Shown piece by piece: positions 38,358-48,017 of a stretch of 64,000 bases of DNA. Each line of letters begins with the position of its first letter. Positions within the stretch are counted from its first letter, which is position 1. A model generated the notes under the pieces. That model saw only the letters and a list, made by a program, of their open reading frames with translations. It was not told the DNA's origin and did not search any database. The DNA is taken from assembly GCA_035063585.1 (NCBI GenBank), contig JAPSGB010000006.1, forward strand, positions 32,001 to 96,000, given 5' to 3'. The position numbers were made by a program, and so were the translations under genes. The stretch is from Polyangiaceae bacterium (GTDB taxonomy: Bacteria; Myxococcota_A; Polyangia; Polyangiales; Polyangiaceae).

Positions 38358-39479
38358 ATGGTGGAGGACGCTTCCGACCCCGAAGCGTCGGAGCACGAGA
38401 TCGCCGCGCTCGCGAGCGACGAGGCTCCGGCCGAGGCCGCAGTGGAGCGCGCCGACCCCGAGGCGCTCGAAGGCGCCGAGCACGCCGAGACCGAGACGGA
38501 AGAGACGCAGACCGCCGCGCGGCTCCGCGGCGTGAGCCGCGCGCGCGAGCCGCTGGAGGGCGCGCCACCGAGCGTGCCGCGCATCTCGAAGCGGACGCTC
38601 GGCATCAGCGCGGCCTTGGTCGCGCTCGTGAGCGTGATCGGGCTGGACATCGCGTTCATCCTGCGGGACGCCCCGGAACGCACGGCGCTCTTGGCGAGCG
38701 CCTCGGCCGCGCCAGCGCTGCCCGCACCGGTGACGCCCGAGTTGCCCGTCGCGCCGGCCGCGGTGGCGCCGCCCCAACCTTCGCTCGTCGAGGCTCCCAA
38801 GCCGCCACCGGATGAGCCGCCCGCGGAGCCGCCGAAGGCGGCGCCCCGCGTGATCGCGGGCACCGTCGAGCAGGCCGCGCGGCGGAGCTGCTTCACCGGC
38901 AGCGTCGACGCGCTCAGCCGACAGATCATCCGTCAGACGAGGTGCATCGATCCCGCCGCGTTCGTCCCCGTGCCGGAGCGCCCGAACCTCGCCAAGCGCT
39001 CCAACGTGTTTCTCTACATGGCCGCGCCCGCGCGGGACCACCTCCTGAAGGCGCTCGACGCAAACAGGAACCTGACGATGACGGTGAACAGCTCCCTCCG
39101 CACCGTCGCGCAGCAGTATCTCTTGTGGCGCTGGTACACGGGGCGCCGGTGCGGCATCCGCCTGGCGTCACGCCCCGGAGACAGCAACCACGAGACGGGG
39201 CTCGCGCTCGACATCGCCGAGGCGCCCGCGTGGCGTTCGAAGCTCGAGGCGCACCGGTTCAAATGGCTCGGAGCGATCGACAACATGCACTTCGATTATG
39301 TCGGCCCCGGCGCGAGCTCCCGATCGAGCGTGGACGTGAAGGCCTTTCAACAGCTCTGGAACCTCAACCACCCCGAAGATCGCCTGAAGGAAGACGGGCT
39401 CTACTCGCCGGCCACGGAGGCGCGACTGAAGAAATCCCCTGCCGGCGGGTTTCCGAAGGGCTCCCGCTGCGGTCGCTGA
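38358..39479 (+). CDS. Membrane-anchored M15-family metallopeptidase with peptidoglycan-binding-like tail
   Basis: SSLRT..QQ..L, PGDSNHETGLALD, MHFD; AFQQLWN..DGLYSPAT. Confidence 0.8.
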   Translation: MVEDASDPEASEHEIAALASDEAPAEAAVERADPEALEGAEHAETETEETQTAARLRGVSRAREPLEGAPPSVPRISKRTLGISAALVALVSVIGLDIAFILRDAPERTALLASASAAPALPAPVTPELPVAPAAVAPPQPSLVEAPKPPPDEPPAEPPKAAPRVIAGTVEQAARRSCFTGSVDALSRQIIRQTRCIDPAAFVPVPERPNLAKRSNVFLYMAAPARDHLLKALDANRNLTMTVNSSLRTVAQQYLLWRWYTGRRCGIRLASRPGDSNHETGLALDIAEAPAWRSKLEAHRFKWLGAIDNMHFDYVGPGASSRSSVDVKAFQQLWNLNHPEDRLKEDGLYSPATEARLKKSPAGGFPKGSRCGR

Positions 39480-39552
39480 GCCTGCGCTCGGCGGGTTTGC
39501 ATCCCGGCGAATTGACCAGGCGCAAGGTTCGGGTTTTGGTATGATGCCTGTC

Positions 39553-41082
39553 ATGCGCGTCACCCGAACCGTCGATTTTCGGATTTGGCTGCTCATGTCG
39601 CTCGGAGTCGCGCCGCTCGCCTGCGGCGGAGAGACGACGTTTCAGAGCGGCACCGGCGGCTCGTCCGGCACCGGCGGCTCGTCCGGCACCGGCGGCTCGT
39701 CCGGCACCGGCGGCTCGTCCGGCACCGGCGGCTCGTCCGGCACCGGCGGCGGCGTCAACGCGCCCGACTGCAAGAACCCGGTCGAGGTCGTCCCAGGCTC
39801 GGGGTATTTCCGCTGCGAGGGCGGACGCACGCATCGCGAGGCCATAAAGGACTGCCCCACCAAGCTCCCACGTGACGGCTACACGTGCGCGGGCAGCGGC
39901 GGCGGAGCCGACGCCTGCAGCGTCGACGCTGACTGCGCCGAGCAGCCGAATGGCTACTGCTCGATACAAGGCGGCATGGCGGGCTGCTTCTGCTCGTACG
40001 GCTGCATCAAGGACGCCGACTGCGGCGAAGGGCGCATCTGCCAGTGCGGCGATCCGGTCGGCCGTTGCGTGGCCGCCACGTGCAAGAGCGACCTCGACTG
40101 CGCCCCGAGCCAGCTCTGCGCGGACTACGACGCCTCGGGAGGCTGCGACTCCATGACGTACGCCTGCACGGCGCCGGCCGATCAGTGCTTCCTCGACTCG
40201 GATTGCAGCGCGGGCGAGCTCTGCGCCATGGGGAACGCGGGGACGCGCACCTGCCAGTCGTGGTCGTGCGCGATCGGCCGCCCGTTCATCGTGGAGGGCG
40301 TGGCGCGGGTGGCCCCGGTGATCGCGCGGAGCGACTGGAGCGAGCTCAGCCTGACACCCTCGCTCGACCTCGAGCCGGCCGTTCGCGCGGCGCTCGCGGC
40401 GTGGTGGCAGCGCTCGGGTGAGCTCGAGCACGCGAGCGTCGCGGCGTTCGCGCGCTTCACGCTCGAGCTGCTCGCCCTCGGCGCGCCGCCCGAGCTCGTG
40501 TCGGCTTCGCAGGAGGCCGGGCTCGACGAGACGCGCCACGCGCGGGTGTGCTTCACGATCGCGAGCGCGTTCGCCGGAGCGCCCATCGGCCCCGGCCCGC
40601 TCGACATCCAGGGCGCGCTCTCACCCGCGACCGATCCGGTCGCGCTCGCGCGCGTCCTCTTCCACGAAGGGTGCGTCGGCGAGACGGGCGCCGCGCTCGA
40701 GGCCGCCGAGGCCGCCGAGTTCGCGGTCGATCCGGTGGTGCGCGACGTCCTCGCGCGCATCGCCGCCGACGAGCGGGAGCACGCCCTCCTCGCGTGGCGC
40801 TCGGTGCGCTGGCTCGCGGAGCGCGACGAGCGCGTCATCCCGGCGCTCCGCGAGGAGCTCGCCCTCGCGCTCGCGCCTACCGCTCCCGCGGCCGCGCTCG
40901 AGCTCGGCGAGGAGCTCGCGCGACACGGGGTCCTCGAGCCGCGGCGCTCCCGGGCGCTCCGGGCAGCGACCCTCCGCGACGTGGTCGCGCCCGCCATCGA
41001 CGCCATCATGGCCGAGCTCCCGGGTGATGTCGGTCCGGCGCGGGCTCAGCCCTCCGCGCCGAGCGCTCTCAGCGCGCCCTGA
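39553..41082 (+). CDS. Lipoprotein with Cys-rich repeats and ferritin-like diiron domain
   Basis: Lipobox PLAC; Cys-rich region; EHAS, DETRH, EGCVGE, DEREH. Confidence 0.8.
   Translation: MRVTRTVDFRIWLLMSLGVAPLACGGETTFQSGTGGSSGTGGSSGTGGSSGTGGSSGTGGSSGTGGGVNAPDCKNPVEVVPGSGYFRCEGGRTHREAIKDCPTKLPRDGYTCAGSGGGADACSVDADCAEQPNGYCSIQGGMAGCFCSYGCIKDADCGEGRICQCGDPVGRCVAATCKSDLDCAPSQLCADYDASGGCDSMTYACTAPADQCFLDSDCSAGELCAMGNAGTRTCQSWSCAIGRPFIVEGVARVAPVIARSDWSELSLTPSLDLEPAVRAALAAWWQRSGELEHASVAAFARFTLELLALGAPPELVSASQEAGLDETRHARVCFTIASAFAGAPIGPGPLDIQGALSPATDPVALARVLFHEGCVGETGAALEAAEAAEFAVDPVVRDVLARIAADEREHALLAWRSVRWLAERDERVIPALREELALALAPTAPAAALELGEELARHGVLEPRRSRALRAATLRDVVAPAIDAIMAELPGDVGPARAQPSAPSALSAP
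39649..39750 (+). repeat. 18-bp tandem repeat, 5 full copies + partial (GTGGSS)
   Basis: ggcaccggcggctcgtcc. Confidence 0.95.
41027..41047 (-). repeat. Dispersed REP-like element (18/21) inside CDS 3' end
   Basis: GAGCCCGCGCCGGACCGACAT. Confidence 0.6.
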
Positions 41083-41147
41083 CCCCCGGGCGGCGACCGG
41101 CTCGCTGGGCGGCTCGAGCTGTGGCAGCGGCGCGCCCCCTCCCCCCG

Positions 41148-41242
41148 CGTGGACGGCGCGACACGGCCTCGTGGACACGCCGACACGGGCTCCCGACAAA
41201 TTGCGGCAATTTCGTGGCGCCTCCGGTGGCCCACGGCTTGCT
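41148..41242 (+). promoter_or_regulatory. Putative sigma54 promoter with upstream direct repeats and palindrome
   Basis: TGGCccacggcTTGCT 41227-41242 (GG-N10-GC); AAATTGC-G-GCAATTT 41198-41212; CGTGGAC-N4-CGACACGG at 41148 and 41170. Confidence 0.6.
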
Positions 41243-41320
41243 GGGAACGTTCCTCGACGGGCGCTGTCACGAAGTGATGGGCTCACCCGTTATGGAGACG
41301 GTGCCCACGGGCGAGGAGAA

Positions 41321-42013
41321 ATGACGATGAACAAGCGCAGCTCGGTTCGGATGTTGGTGGCAGCATTGGGTATGGCGACCGCGATTGGGGCGAGCACCCG
41401 GCCGGCGGCGGCCTGTGGTGACGTCTGGGTGCCGTATATGGACAACGGCATCGACTACCGGCCGCAAGGGGTCTCGCGAGCGGAGCAGGGGTTCGATGAC
41501 GGTAAGATCTACGCCTCGGCCGCCAGCGTGCTTCGCATGATGCCGCACGTCCGCGCGCTCAAGCCTGCGAGCGCGACCATCGTGGCGCGCGCTCAGCGGA
41601 TGCTCGCGCTGGCGGTGGCGCGCTCGAACGGGGCGCTCCCCGTCGAGGGGCAGGTGCCGTGGTGGGTCCAGGGGCGCTGGCTCGGCGGGACGGAGGCCGA
41701 CCGCGCCGCGAACCTCGAGTGGGCGGTGACCACGCTGCGCGGCATCGCAGACACCAAGGCGAAGGACCCCGCGAGCATGACCGATCTCGGCGAGGCGCTG
41801 GCGCGGGTGGACGCGCACAAGGCCGAGGCGCGGTCGGTGCTCGAGGCGCTCGCCAAGAAGGACCTCCTCGCGACGCCGGAGGCGTACGCCGCGCTCGCCG
41901 AGCTCCGCGGCGAGTCGGGGGACGCGAGCGGCAAGAAGCTCGCGCTCGCGCGCTGCCAGTCGATGTCGAACGGCGCGGCCGTCTGCCGCGACGCGACCGC
42001 CCACACCGGCTGA
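41321..42013 (+). CDS. Secreted alpha-helical (TPR-like) hypothetical protein
   Basis: GAGGAG RBS; signal peptide ending PAAA-C; LGEALAR/EAYAALA helices. Confidence 0.7.
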   Translation: MTMNKRSSVRMLVAALGMATAIGASTRPAAACGDVWVPYMDNGIDYRPQGVSRAEQGFDDGKIYASAASVLRMMPHVRALKPASATIVARAQRMLALAVARSNGALPVEGQVPWWVQGRWLGGTEADRAANLEWAVTTLRGIADTKAKDPASMTDLGEALARVDAHKAEARSVLEALAKKDLLATPEAYAALAELRGESGDASGKKLALARCQSMSNGAAVCRDATAHTG

Positions 42014-42020
42014 GCGCACC

Positions 42021-43289
42021 GTGACGTCGCGCGCGCTCTCGCTCATCCTCCTCGCGCTCGGGCTGCTCTCCGTCGGCTGCAGCACCGAGCGCGACGAGGC
42101 GCGGCCGTCCTCGAGCGCGGCGCCGTTCGCGAGCGCGGCGCCCGCGACGCTCGCGCCGGGAGCGGCGGAGCGCGCCCCGGGGGACGTCGAGCGCGGGCGG
42201 GCGCTGGCCCTGCGCTTCGAGTGCAACCGCTGTCACGAGGGGACCGGGCTCGCGGCACCCGAGACCGCCAAGGCGTGCGTCGGATGCCATCAAGAGATCA
42301 TCGCGGGCACGTTCAAGGCGCCGAAATCCGCGCTCGCGCGCTGGAGACCGAACCTGCTCGGGGTGGAGTTCGCGCCGTCGCTCGCGGCCACCGGCAAGCG
42401 GCTGCGTCGCGACTGGATCGAGGCGTACCTGCTCGCGCCGCGCGATCTTCGACCCGGGCTGGTGTCCACCATGCCGCGCCTCGCCTTGAGCCGCGCGGAG
42501 GCGCGCGATCTCGCGGCGTACCTCGTCCGCGACGCCGGCCGCGCCGAACCGGCATCTCTCGAAGGCGCCGATCTCGGGCGAGGCCGTGAGCTCCTCGAGA
42601 CCAAGGCGTGCGGCGCGTGTCACACCTTCAGCGGAGTCGAGGCGCTGCCCATCGCGCCGTCGCCGGAGGCAGGCCGGGGCTCGGCGGGGATCGCGCTCGC
42701 GCCCGATCTACGCTTCGCGCGCGAGCGGTTCGAGCCCGCGCGGCTCGTCGCGTGGTTGCTGGATCCTCCCGCGGTGAAGCCGGGCACGCCGATGCCGAAG
42801 CTCGGGTTCACCAAGGACGAGGCGCGGGATCTCGCCGCCTACATCCTCGAGACGCCGCTCGCGCCGCTCGCGCAGACGCAGCTCCCCGCGCGGCTCCCGC
42901 TGCTCGACCGTCCCGTGCGCTTCGCTGAGGTGCAGGAGCGCGTGCTCGGCAAGATTTGCCAGCACTGCCACGGCAACCCGGACGTCGCGCTCGGGGATGG
43001 CGGCCCGGGGAATACCGGCGGATTCGGCTTTCGGCCACGACGGCTCGAGCTCACCAGTCACCGCGCGGTGTCGGCAGGCTTGCTCGACGACCACGGCGAG
43101 CGGCGGAGCGTGTTCGAGAAGACGGCGGACGGGACGCCGCTCCTCGTCGCTGCGCTCCTCGCGCGACGCGCGGAGGAGGCCGGGAAGTTCGATCCTGCCG
43201 TGCGCGGTATGCCGCTCGGGCTCCCGCCGCTCCCCGCGGAGGACATCCAGCTCGTCGAGAGCTGGGTGGCGCAGGGGCGACCGCGGTAG
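42021..43289 (+). CDS. Tetraheme c-type cytochrome lipoprotein
   Basis: CNRCH, CVGCH, CGACH, CQHCH; lipobox SVGC; three MP motifs. Confidence 0.88.
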   Translation: MTSRALSLILLALGLLSVGCSTERDEARPSSSAAPFASAAPATLAPGAAERAPGDVERGRALALRFECNRCHEGTGLAAPETAKACVGCHQEIIAGTFKAPKSALARWRPNLLGVEFAPSLAATGKRLRRDWIEAYLLAPRDLRPGLVSTMPRLALSRAEARDLAAYLVRDAGRAEPASLEGADLGRGRELLETKACGACHTFSGVEALPIAPSPEAGRGSAGIALAPDLRFARERFEPARLVAWLLDPPAVKPGTPMPKLGFTKDEARDLAAYILETPLAPLAQTQLPARLPLLDRPVRFAEVQERVLGKICQHCHGNPDVALGDGGPGNTGGFGFRPRRLELTSHRAVSAGLLDDHGERRSVFEKTADGTPLLVAALLARRAEEAGKFDPAVRGMPLGLPPLPAEDIQLVESWVAQGRPR

Positions 43290-43295
43290 CGAGGC

Positions 43296-44213
43296 TCAGG
43301 AGACGAGCAGCGAGCAGCGCTCCGCGACGTCTTTGGCGCGCGCGTCGCCTCGACAGTTCACCCAATCGATCGTCTTCGGCGAGATGGCGAGGAGGGCACG
43401 CGTGAGGTCGCCCGAGGCGCCCCACAGCACGACCTGCGCCGCGGCCGGCAGTTCGTCGGCGAGCGCGGCGAGCGCGGTCGCGCGGATCGGCGGAGAGCGG
43501 CAGTCGAACAGGATCGCCACGCGCTCGCGGCCGACCCCGTCGAGCTCGTCGAGCAGGCGCCGGAGGCCTCCGACCGGGACGGCCACCGCCTGCGGCTCGA
43601 GCCACGCGCTCAAGCGCTGCACCGTGTCGGCGTCTCTCGACAGCACCAGCACCCGCGGGAGCTCGGCCGGCGCGGACGACGCAGGCCACGACGATACCGA
43701 CACCGGAACGACCGGCGTGCTCGCATCGGCGCGGATGCGGCCGATCCTCGTCTCGCCCGACGCCGACCCCGCGCCGAGCGGCTCGGCCGGCGGCTTGGTG
43801 ATCGGCCCCGACCACGGCGGCGGCGTCATCATCGCCTGCTCCATGGCGCGGAGCGTCGCGGGGCGCGGGCTCGGGCGCCGCTGCGGCGGACGTGATGAGC
43901 ACGGTGAGGTGCGGACCGCGCGGAGCTGAGAGCTCACCGAGCTGCGACGCTTGGGCCCCGGGTCGGCGCGACCCAGGGCGTCGGTGAGGCGCGCGATCTC
44001 GTCGAGCACCGCGTCGGCGAGCGCCGCTCCCAACCCGCGCTCGAGCACCTGCCGGAGCGGCCCGTCCGAGAAATCACGGAACGCGCGCGGATCGCTCGGG
44101 ATCTCGTCGATCGAGGCGTCACGCAGCGCCTGCACGAGCATCGCGTCGCGCACCGTCGGAGAGACGACGCTGTCGAGGGTCTCGCGGAGCGCGATGGAGA
44201 TCGGTGGTTCCAC
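43296..44213 (-). CDS. Hypothetical protein (possible C-terminal pseudo-receiver)
   Basis: 305-aa ORF; RVLVLSRD..AILFD..QVVLWG. Confidence 0.6.
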   Translation of the reverse strand: MEPPISIALRETLDSVVSPTVRDAMLVQALRDASIDEIPSDPRAFRDFSDGPLRQVLERGLGAALADAVLDEIARLTDALGRADPGPKRRSSVSSQLRAVRTSPCSSRPPQRRPSPRPATLRAMEQAMMTPPPWSGPITKPPAEPLGAGSASGETRIGRIRADASTPVVPVSVSSWPASSAPAELPRVLVLSRDADTVQRLSAWLEPQAVAVPVGGLRRLLDELDGVGRERVAILFDCRSPPIRATALAALADELPAAAQVVLWGASGDLTRALLAISPKTIDWVNCRGDARAKDVAERCSLLVS

Positions 44214-44419
44214 GACTAGGCCGAACCGACGCCGAGCTGGCGTCGCGCAGTGACTCTTCGAGTTTAGTCACGAAACTGGACGCACGCCCGAACATCCGAA
44301 GTCTCTCGGCTTTGTCCGGCTGGCCGAGCCAGGCGCACCCAAGCTCATGGAACTCTGCGAAGTTTCATGGCTTTGTTCGCTGATTGCGGCGGAGCCACCG
44401 GTGGTTATGGTGGAGCCCT

Positions 44420-44779
44420 ATGACGAATGTCGTATTGTCGTGGCTGATCCTGAGCGTGTCGGTCTGGATCATCTCGCGCGTCCTGCCTGGTTTCCAGGTG
44501 AAGGGGTTTGGCGCAGCGATCGGGGTGGCCGCGATCTTCGGGCTCCTGAGCTGGCTCATCGGGTGGCTCCTGTTCATCGTGATCGGCATCGGCACGCTCG
44601 GGGTCGGGTTCCTGCTCGCGTTCGTCACGCGTTGGATCGTAAACGCAATCTTGCTCAAGCTGACGGACGCGCTCACGGACAAGCTCACCATCAAGAGCTT
44701 CTCCACGGCGTTGGTCGCCGGGCTCTTGATGAGCGCGCTCGGCACGCTCGGCCAGTGGGCGCTCAGCGGCTTGGTGTGA
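44420..44779 (+). CDS. Phage-holin-family 4-TM membrane protein (YvlD-like)
   Basis: LPGFQVKGF, VNAILL, IKSFSTAL. Confidence 0.85.
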   Translation: MTNVVLSWLILSVSVWIISRVLPGFQVKGFGAAIGVAAIFGLLSWLIGWLLFIVIGIGTLGVGFLLAFVTRWIVNAILLKLTDALTDKLTIKSFSTALVAGLLMSALGTLGQWALSGLV

Positions 44780-44798
44780 GCGCGCGCGCCGTGCTTGA

Positions 44799-45485
44799 AT
44801 GAGCGCGCTGATGGCCGAGCTCTACCTGAGACAGCTCCTCATGGGTCGCGACGTCGCCAAAGGGCAGCGCGCCGCGAAGATGATGCAGAACTTCGTGTAC
44901 CTGGTCGGAGATCGCGACGCCGGCGAGTGTGTCGTCATCGATCCGGCGTGGGACGTGGCCGGGATCCTCGAGATCGCGCGGGGCGATGACATGAAGCTGG
45001 TCGGAGCGCTCGCCACTCACTATCACCCGGACCACGTCGGTGGTTCGATCTTCGGGCTCGACATCGAGGGCCTGGCGTTCCTCCTCGGAGAGAACCCCTG
45101 CAAGGTCCACGCGCACAAGCTCGAGACGGCGGGGATTCGCCAGGTCACCGGCCTCTCGCCGTCGGATTTCGTCGAGCACGACTCGGGCGATCGCATTCGG
45201 GTCGGCGGCGTGGAGGTAGAGCTCTTGCACACGCCCGGTCACACGCCGGGCTCGAGCTGCTACCGCGTGAAGGACGCGCTCCTCGCCGGAGACACGCTCT
45301 TCTTGCAAGGTTGCGGGCGGGTGGACTTGCCTGGTGGAGATCCCGACGAGATGCGCCGGACCCTGACCCAGCGCCTCTCGACCATTCCGGGTGATACCAT
45401 CCTCTATCCGGGGCACGCCTACGGCGGCGAGCACGCGCCCATGGCGGAGGTGCGCCGCACCAACCCATACCTGCAGATGGATTGA
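44799..45485 (+). CDS. MBL-fold metallo-hydrolase (glyoxalase II-like)
   Basis: THYHPDHVGG, HTPGHTPG, GDTLF, YPGH. Confidence 0.92.
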   Translation: MSALMAELYLRQLLMGRDVAKGQRAAKMMQNFVYLVGDRDAGECVVIDPAWDVAGILEIARGDDMKLVGALATHYHPDHVGGSIFGLDIEGLAFLLGENPCKVHAHKLETAGIRQVTGLSPSDFVEHDSGDRIRVGGVEVELLHTPGHTPGSSCYRVKDALLAGDTLFLQGCGRVDLPGGDPDEMRRTLTQRLSTIPGDTILYPGHAYGGEHAPMAEVRRTNPYLQMD

Positions 45486-45494
45486 GCCGGGCGC

Positions 45495-47171
45495 TCAGCT
45501 CCGCGACAACTTCTTGTACTTGATGCGCCGCGGCTGATCGGCGTCGGTGCCGAGGCGCCGGTGACGATCCGCCTCGTACGCCTGATAGTTCCCCTCGAAC
45601 CACACGACCTGACTGTCGCCCTCGAAGGCCAGCATGTGGGTCGCGATGCGATCCAGGAACCAGCGGTCGTGGCTGATGACCACCGCGCAGCCCGGGAAGC
45701 CGAGCAGCGCCTCCTCGAGCGCGCGCAGGGTGTCGACGTCGAGATCATTGGTGGGCTCGTCGAGCAGGAGCAGGTTGCCGCCTTGCTTCAAGAGCTTGGC
45801 GAGATGGACGCGGTTCCGCTCTCCCCCCGACAGGCTCCCGACGCGTTTCTGCTGATCACTGCCGCGGAACCCGAACCACGAGCAGTAGGCGCGCGAGGAG
45901 ACCTCGCGCTTGCCGAGCTCGATCTTCTCCTCGCCCCCGCTCACCTCTTGCCACACGCTGTTGTCTCCGGAGAGCGCCTCGCGACTCTGATCGACGTAGG
46001 CCACCTGCACCGTCTCGCCGACCACGAGCGCGCCCTCATCGGGCGCGTCTTCCCCCACCAGCATGCGAAAGAGCGTGGTCTTACCGGCGCCGTTCGGGCC
46101 GATGACCCCCACGATTCCGCTCCGCGGCAGGCGAAAGTCCAGGTGATCGATGAGCAGTCGCTCGCCAAACCCCTTGGTGAGCCCCTTGGCTTCGATGACC
46201 AGATCGCCGAGTCGAGGTCCGGGCGGGATGCCGATCTCGGTCGGGTCGCTCGGGCCCTTGTTCGCCTGCGCCATGAGGTCCTCGTAAGCCGTGAGGCGCG
46301 CCTTGCTCTTCGCCTGACGCGCGCGCGGCGAGGCGCGCACCCAGTCGAGCTCTTGCTTCAGCTTGCGCTGCCGCGCGCTCTCTTGCTTCTCCTCGACCGC
46401 GAGCCGCGCCGACTTCTGCTCGAGCCAACCCGAGTAGTTGCCCTTGAACGGGTACCCGTGGCCGCGATCGAGCTCGAGGATCCACTCGGCCACGTCGTCG
46501 AGGAAATAGCGATCGTGGGTCACCGCCACGACGGTACCCGGGTAGTCATGCAGGAAGCGCTCGAGCCAAGCGACGCTCTCGGCGTCGAGGTGGTTGGTCG
46601 GCTCGTCGAGCAGGAGCATGTCGGGCCGCTCGAGCAACACGCGGCAGAGCGCGACGCGCCGCTTCTCACCTCCGGAGAGCGTGGCGATCGCTGCGTCACC
46701 CGGCGGCAGACGGAGCGCGTCCATCGCCTGCTCGAGGTGTGAGTCGAGGCTCCAGAGATCGGCCGCGTCGATGGCGTCCTGGAGCGCGCCCTGCTTCTCG
46801 AGCAACGCGCTCATCTCGTCGTCGCTCATCGGCTCGCCGAGCTTCATGCTGAGCGCCTCGAACTCGGTGAGCAGCGCACGCTTCTCGCGCACGGCCTGCT
46901 CGACCGCGTCCTTCACCGTGACCGCGTCGCCCAGCTCTGGTTCCTGAGCGAAATATCCTATCTTGGTCCCAGGGTGCGGCGCCGCCTCGCCGAGGAACTC
47001 GTGATCGACCCCGGCCATGATCCGGAGCAGCGAGCTCTTTCCCGAGCCGTTCGAGCCGATGACGCCGATCTTGGCGCCCGGGAAGAACGCCAGCGTGATA
47101 TCGGAGAGGACCTTCTTGTCCGGCGGGTGGACTTTGGTCACCTCCCGCATCGTGAAAATGAACTCGGGCAT
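45495..47171 (-). CDS. ettA: Energy-dependent translational throttle ABC-F protein
   Basis: FIFTM..FFPGAKIG; two ABC domains; RARQAKSKAR; C-terminal RIKYKKL. Confidence 0.95.
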   Translation of the reverse strand: MPEFIFTMREVTKVHPPDKKVLSDITLAFFPGAKIGVIGSNGSGKSSLLRIMAGVDHEFLGEAAPHPGTKIGYFAQEPELGDAVTVKDAVEQAVREKRALLTEFEALSMKLGEPMSDDEMSALLEKQGALQDAIDAADLWSLDSHLEQAMDALRLPPGDAAIATLSGGEKRRVALCRVLLERPDMLLLDEPTNHLDAESVAWLERFLHDYPGTVVAVTHDRYFLDDVAEWILELDRGHGYPFKGNYSGWLEQKSARLAVEEKQESARQRKLKQELDWVRASPRARQAKSKARLTAYEDLMAQANKGPSDPTEIGIPPGPRLGDLVIEAKGLTKGFGERLLIDHLDFRLPRSGIVGVIGPNGAGKTTLFRMLVGEDAPDEGALVVGETVQVAYVDQSREALSGDNSVWQEVSGGEEKIELGKREVSSRAYCSWFGFRGSDQQKRVGSLSGGERNRVHLAKLLKQGGNLLLLDEPTNDLDVDTLRALEEALLGFPGCAVVISHDRWFLDRIATHMLAFEGDSQVVWFEGNYQAYEADRHRRLGTDADQPRRIKYKKLSRS

Positions 47172-47267
47172 GGCCGGGCGGAGCATATCCGGTTCCCTTC
47201 CCGGCGCCAGCCGCCGGCGGCGAGCCGGTGCGCCCGCCGCGCGGCCGCGACGAGGCGCGCGTGGTCA

Positions 47268-48017
47268 CTACGCGCAGTCGGGGAAGACCTCGCGAAAGAG
47301 CGCCGCGCCGACGAGCGCGTGTCCCCGCTGTCCCCAGTGCACGGAGTCGTCCGCGAAGCGGCGGTATGCCGGGCAGAGCTCGTCCGGATCCCCGCAGGAG
47401 AGGAGCGGATACGTATCGAGCGCGTGGTCGACCGCGCCGATCGCGGCCTGCGCGCGGATCCAGACGTCGAGCGAGCGCGTCGCGGCGAGGCGACGATCGT
47501 CGACGCCGCGGAGCTTGCCCCAGGGCGCAATCGTCAGCGCCACCACCGCGACGCCGCGCTCGCGTGCGGTGCGATACATGGCCCGCAAGTTCTCCTCGAT
47601 CGCCTTCACCCGCGCGTCGCGGATGCTCCCGGCGAGCAGGTCATTGACCCCGCCGAGGATGAGCACGTGCGTGTACGCCGGCTTCGGCGCCACGCCGCCG
47701 GCCGAGCCGTCACCGAACACGTCCCGCGCGAAGCGGGCGCGCATGTGGCGAGTCTGCTGCCCGCCGATCCCGTAAGCGTCGAAGCGACTCTCGGGGCAGC
47801 GCAGCGCGAGCTCCTTCAAGTAGAGCCCGCCGCCGGCGCGGGGATCGGTGAGGGAGTCTCCGATGGCCGCGACGACGTAGCGCTTCTTGGGGGTTGGTCG
47901 GTCCGGCGCGGAACCGCGGGGCTCGCCCGCGCCCTCGGCGTTCGCGCGCCCCGCGAGGAGGCCGGTCGCGAGCGCGAGGAGCGCTGCCGACCGGAGCACG
48001 GGCCCGCCACGCAACAT
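47268..48017 (-). CDS. Secreted SGNH/GDSL hydrolase
   Basis: IGDSLT, GIGG, GGVND, DSVH. Confidence 0.85.
   Translation of the reverse strand: MLRGGPVLRSAALLALATGLLAGRANAEGAGEPRGSAPDRPTPKKRYVVAAIGDSLTDPRAGGGLYLKELALRCPESRFDAYGIGGQQTRHMRARFARDVFGDGSAGGVAPKPAYTHVLILGGVNDLLAGSIRDARVKAIEENLRAMYRTARERGVAVVALTIAPWGKLRGVDDRRLAATRSLDVWIRAQAAIGAVDHALDTYPLLSCGDPDELCPAYRRFADDSVHWGQRGHALVGAALFREVFPDCA

Noticed and set aside
44420..44779. Holin as evidence of a prophage
   Set aside because: YvlD-like family is commonly chromosomal; no phage genes nearby
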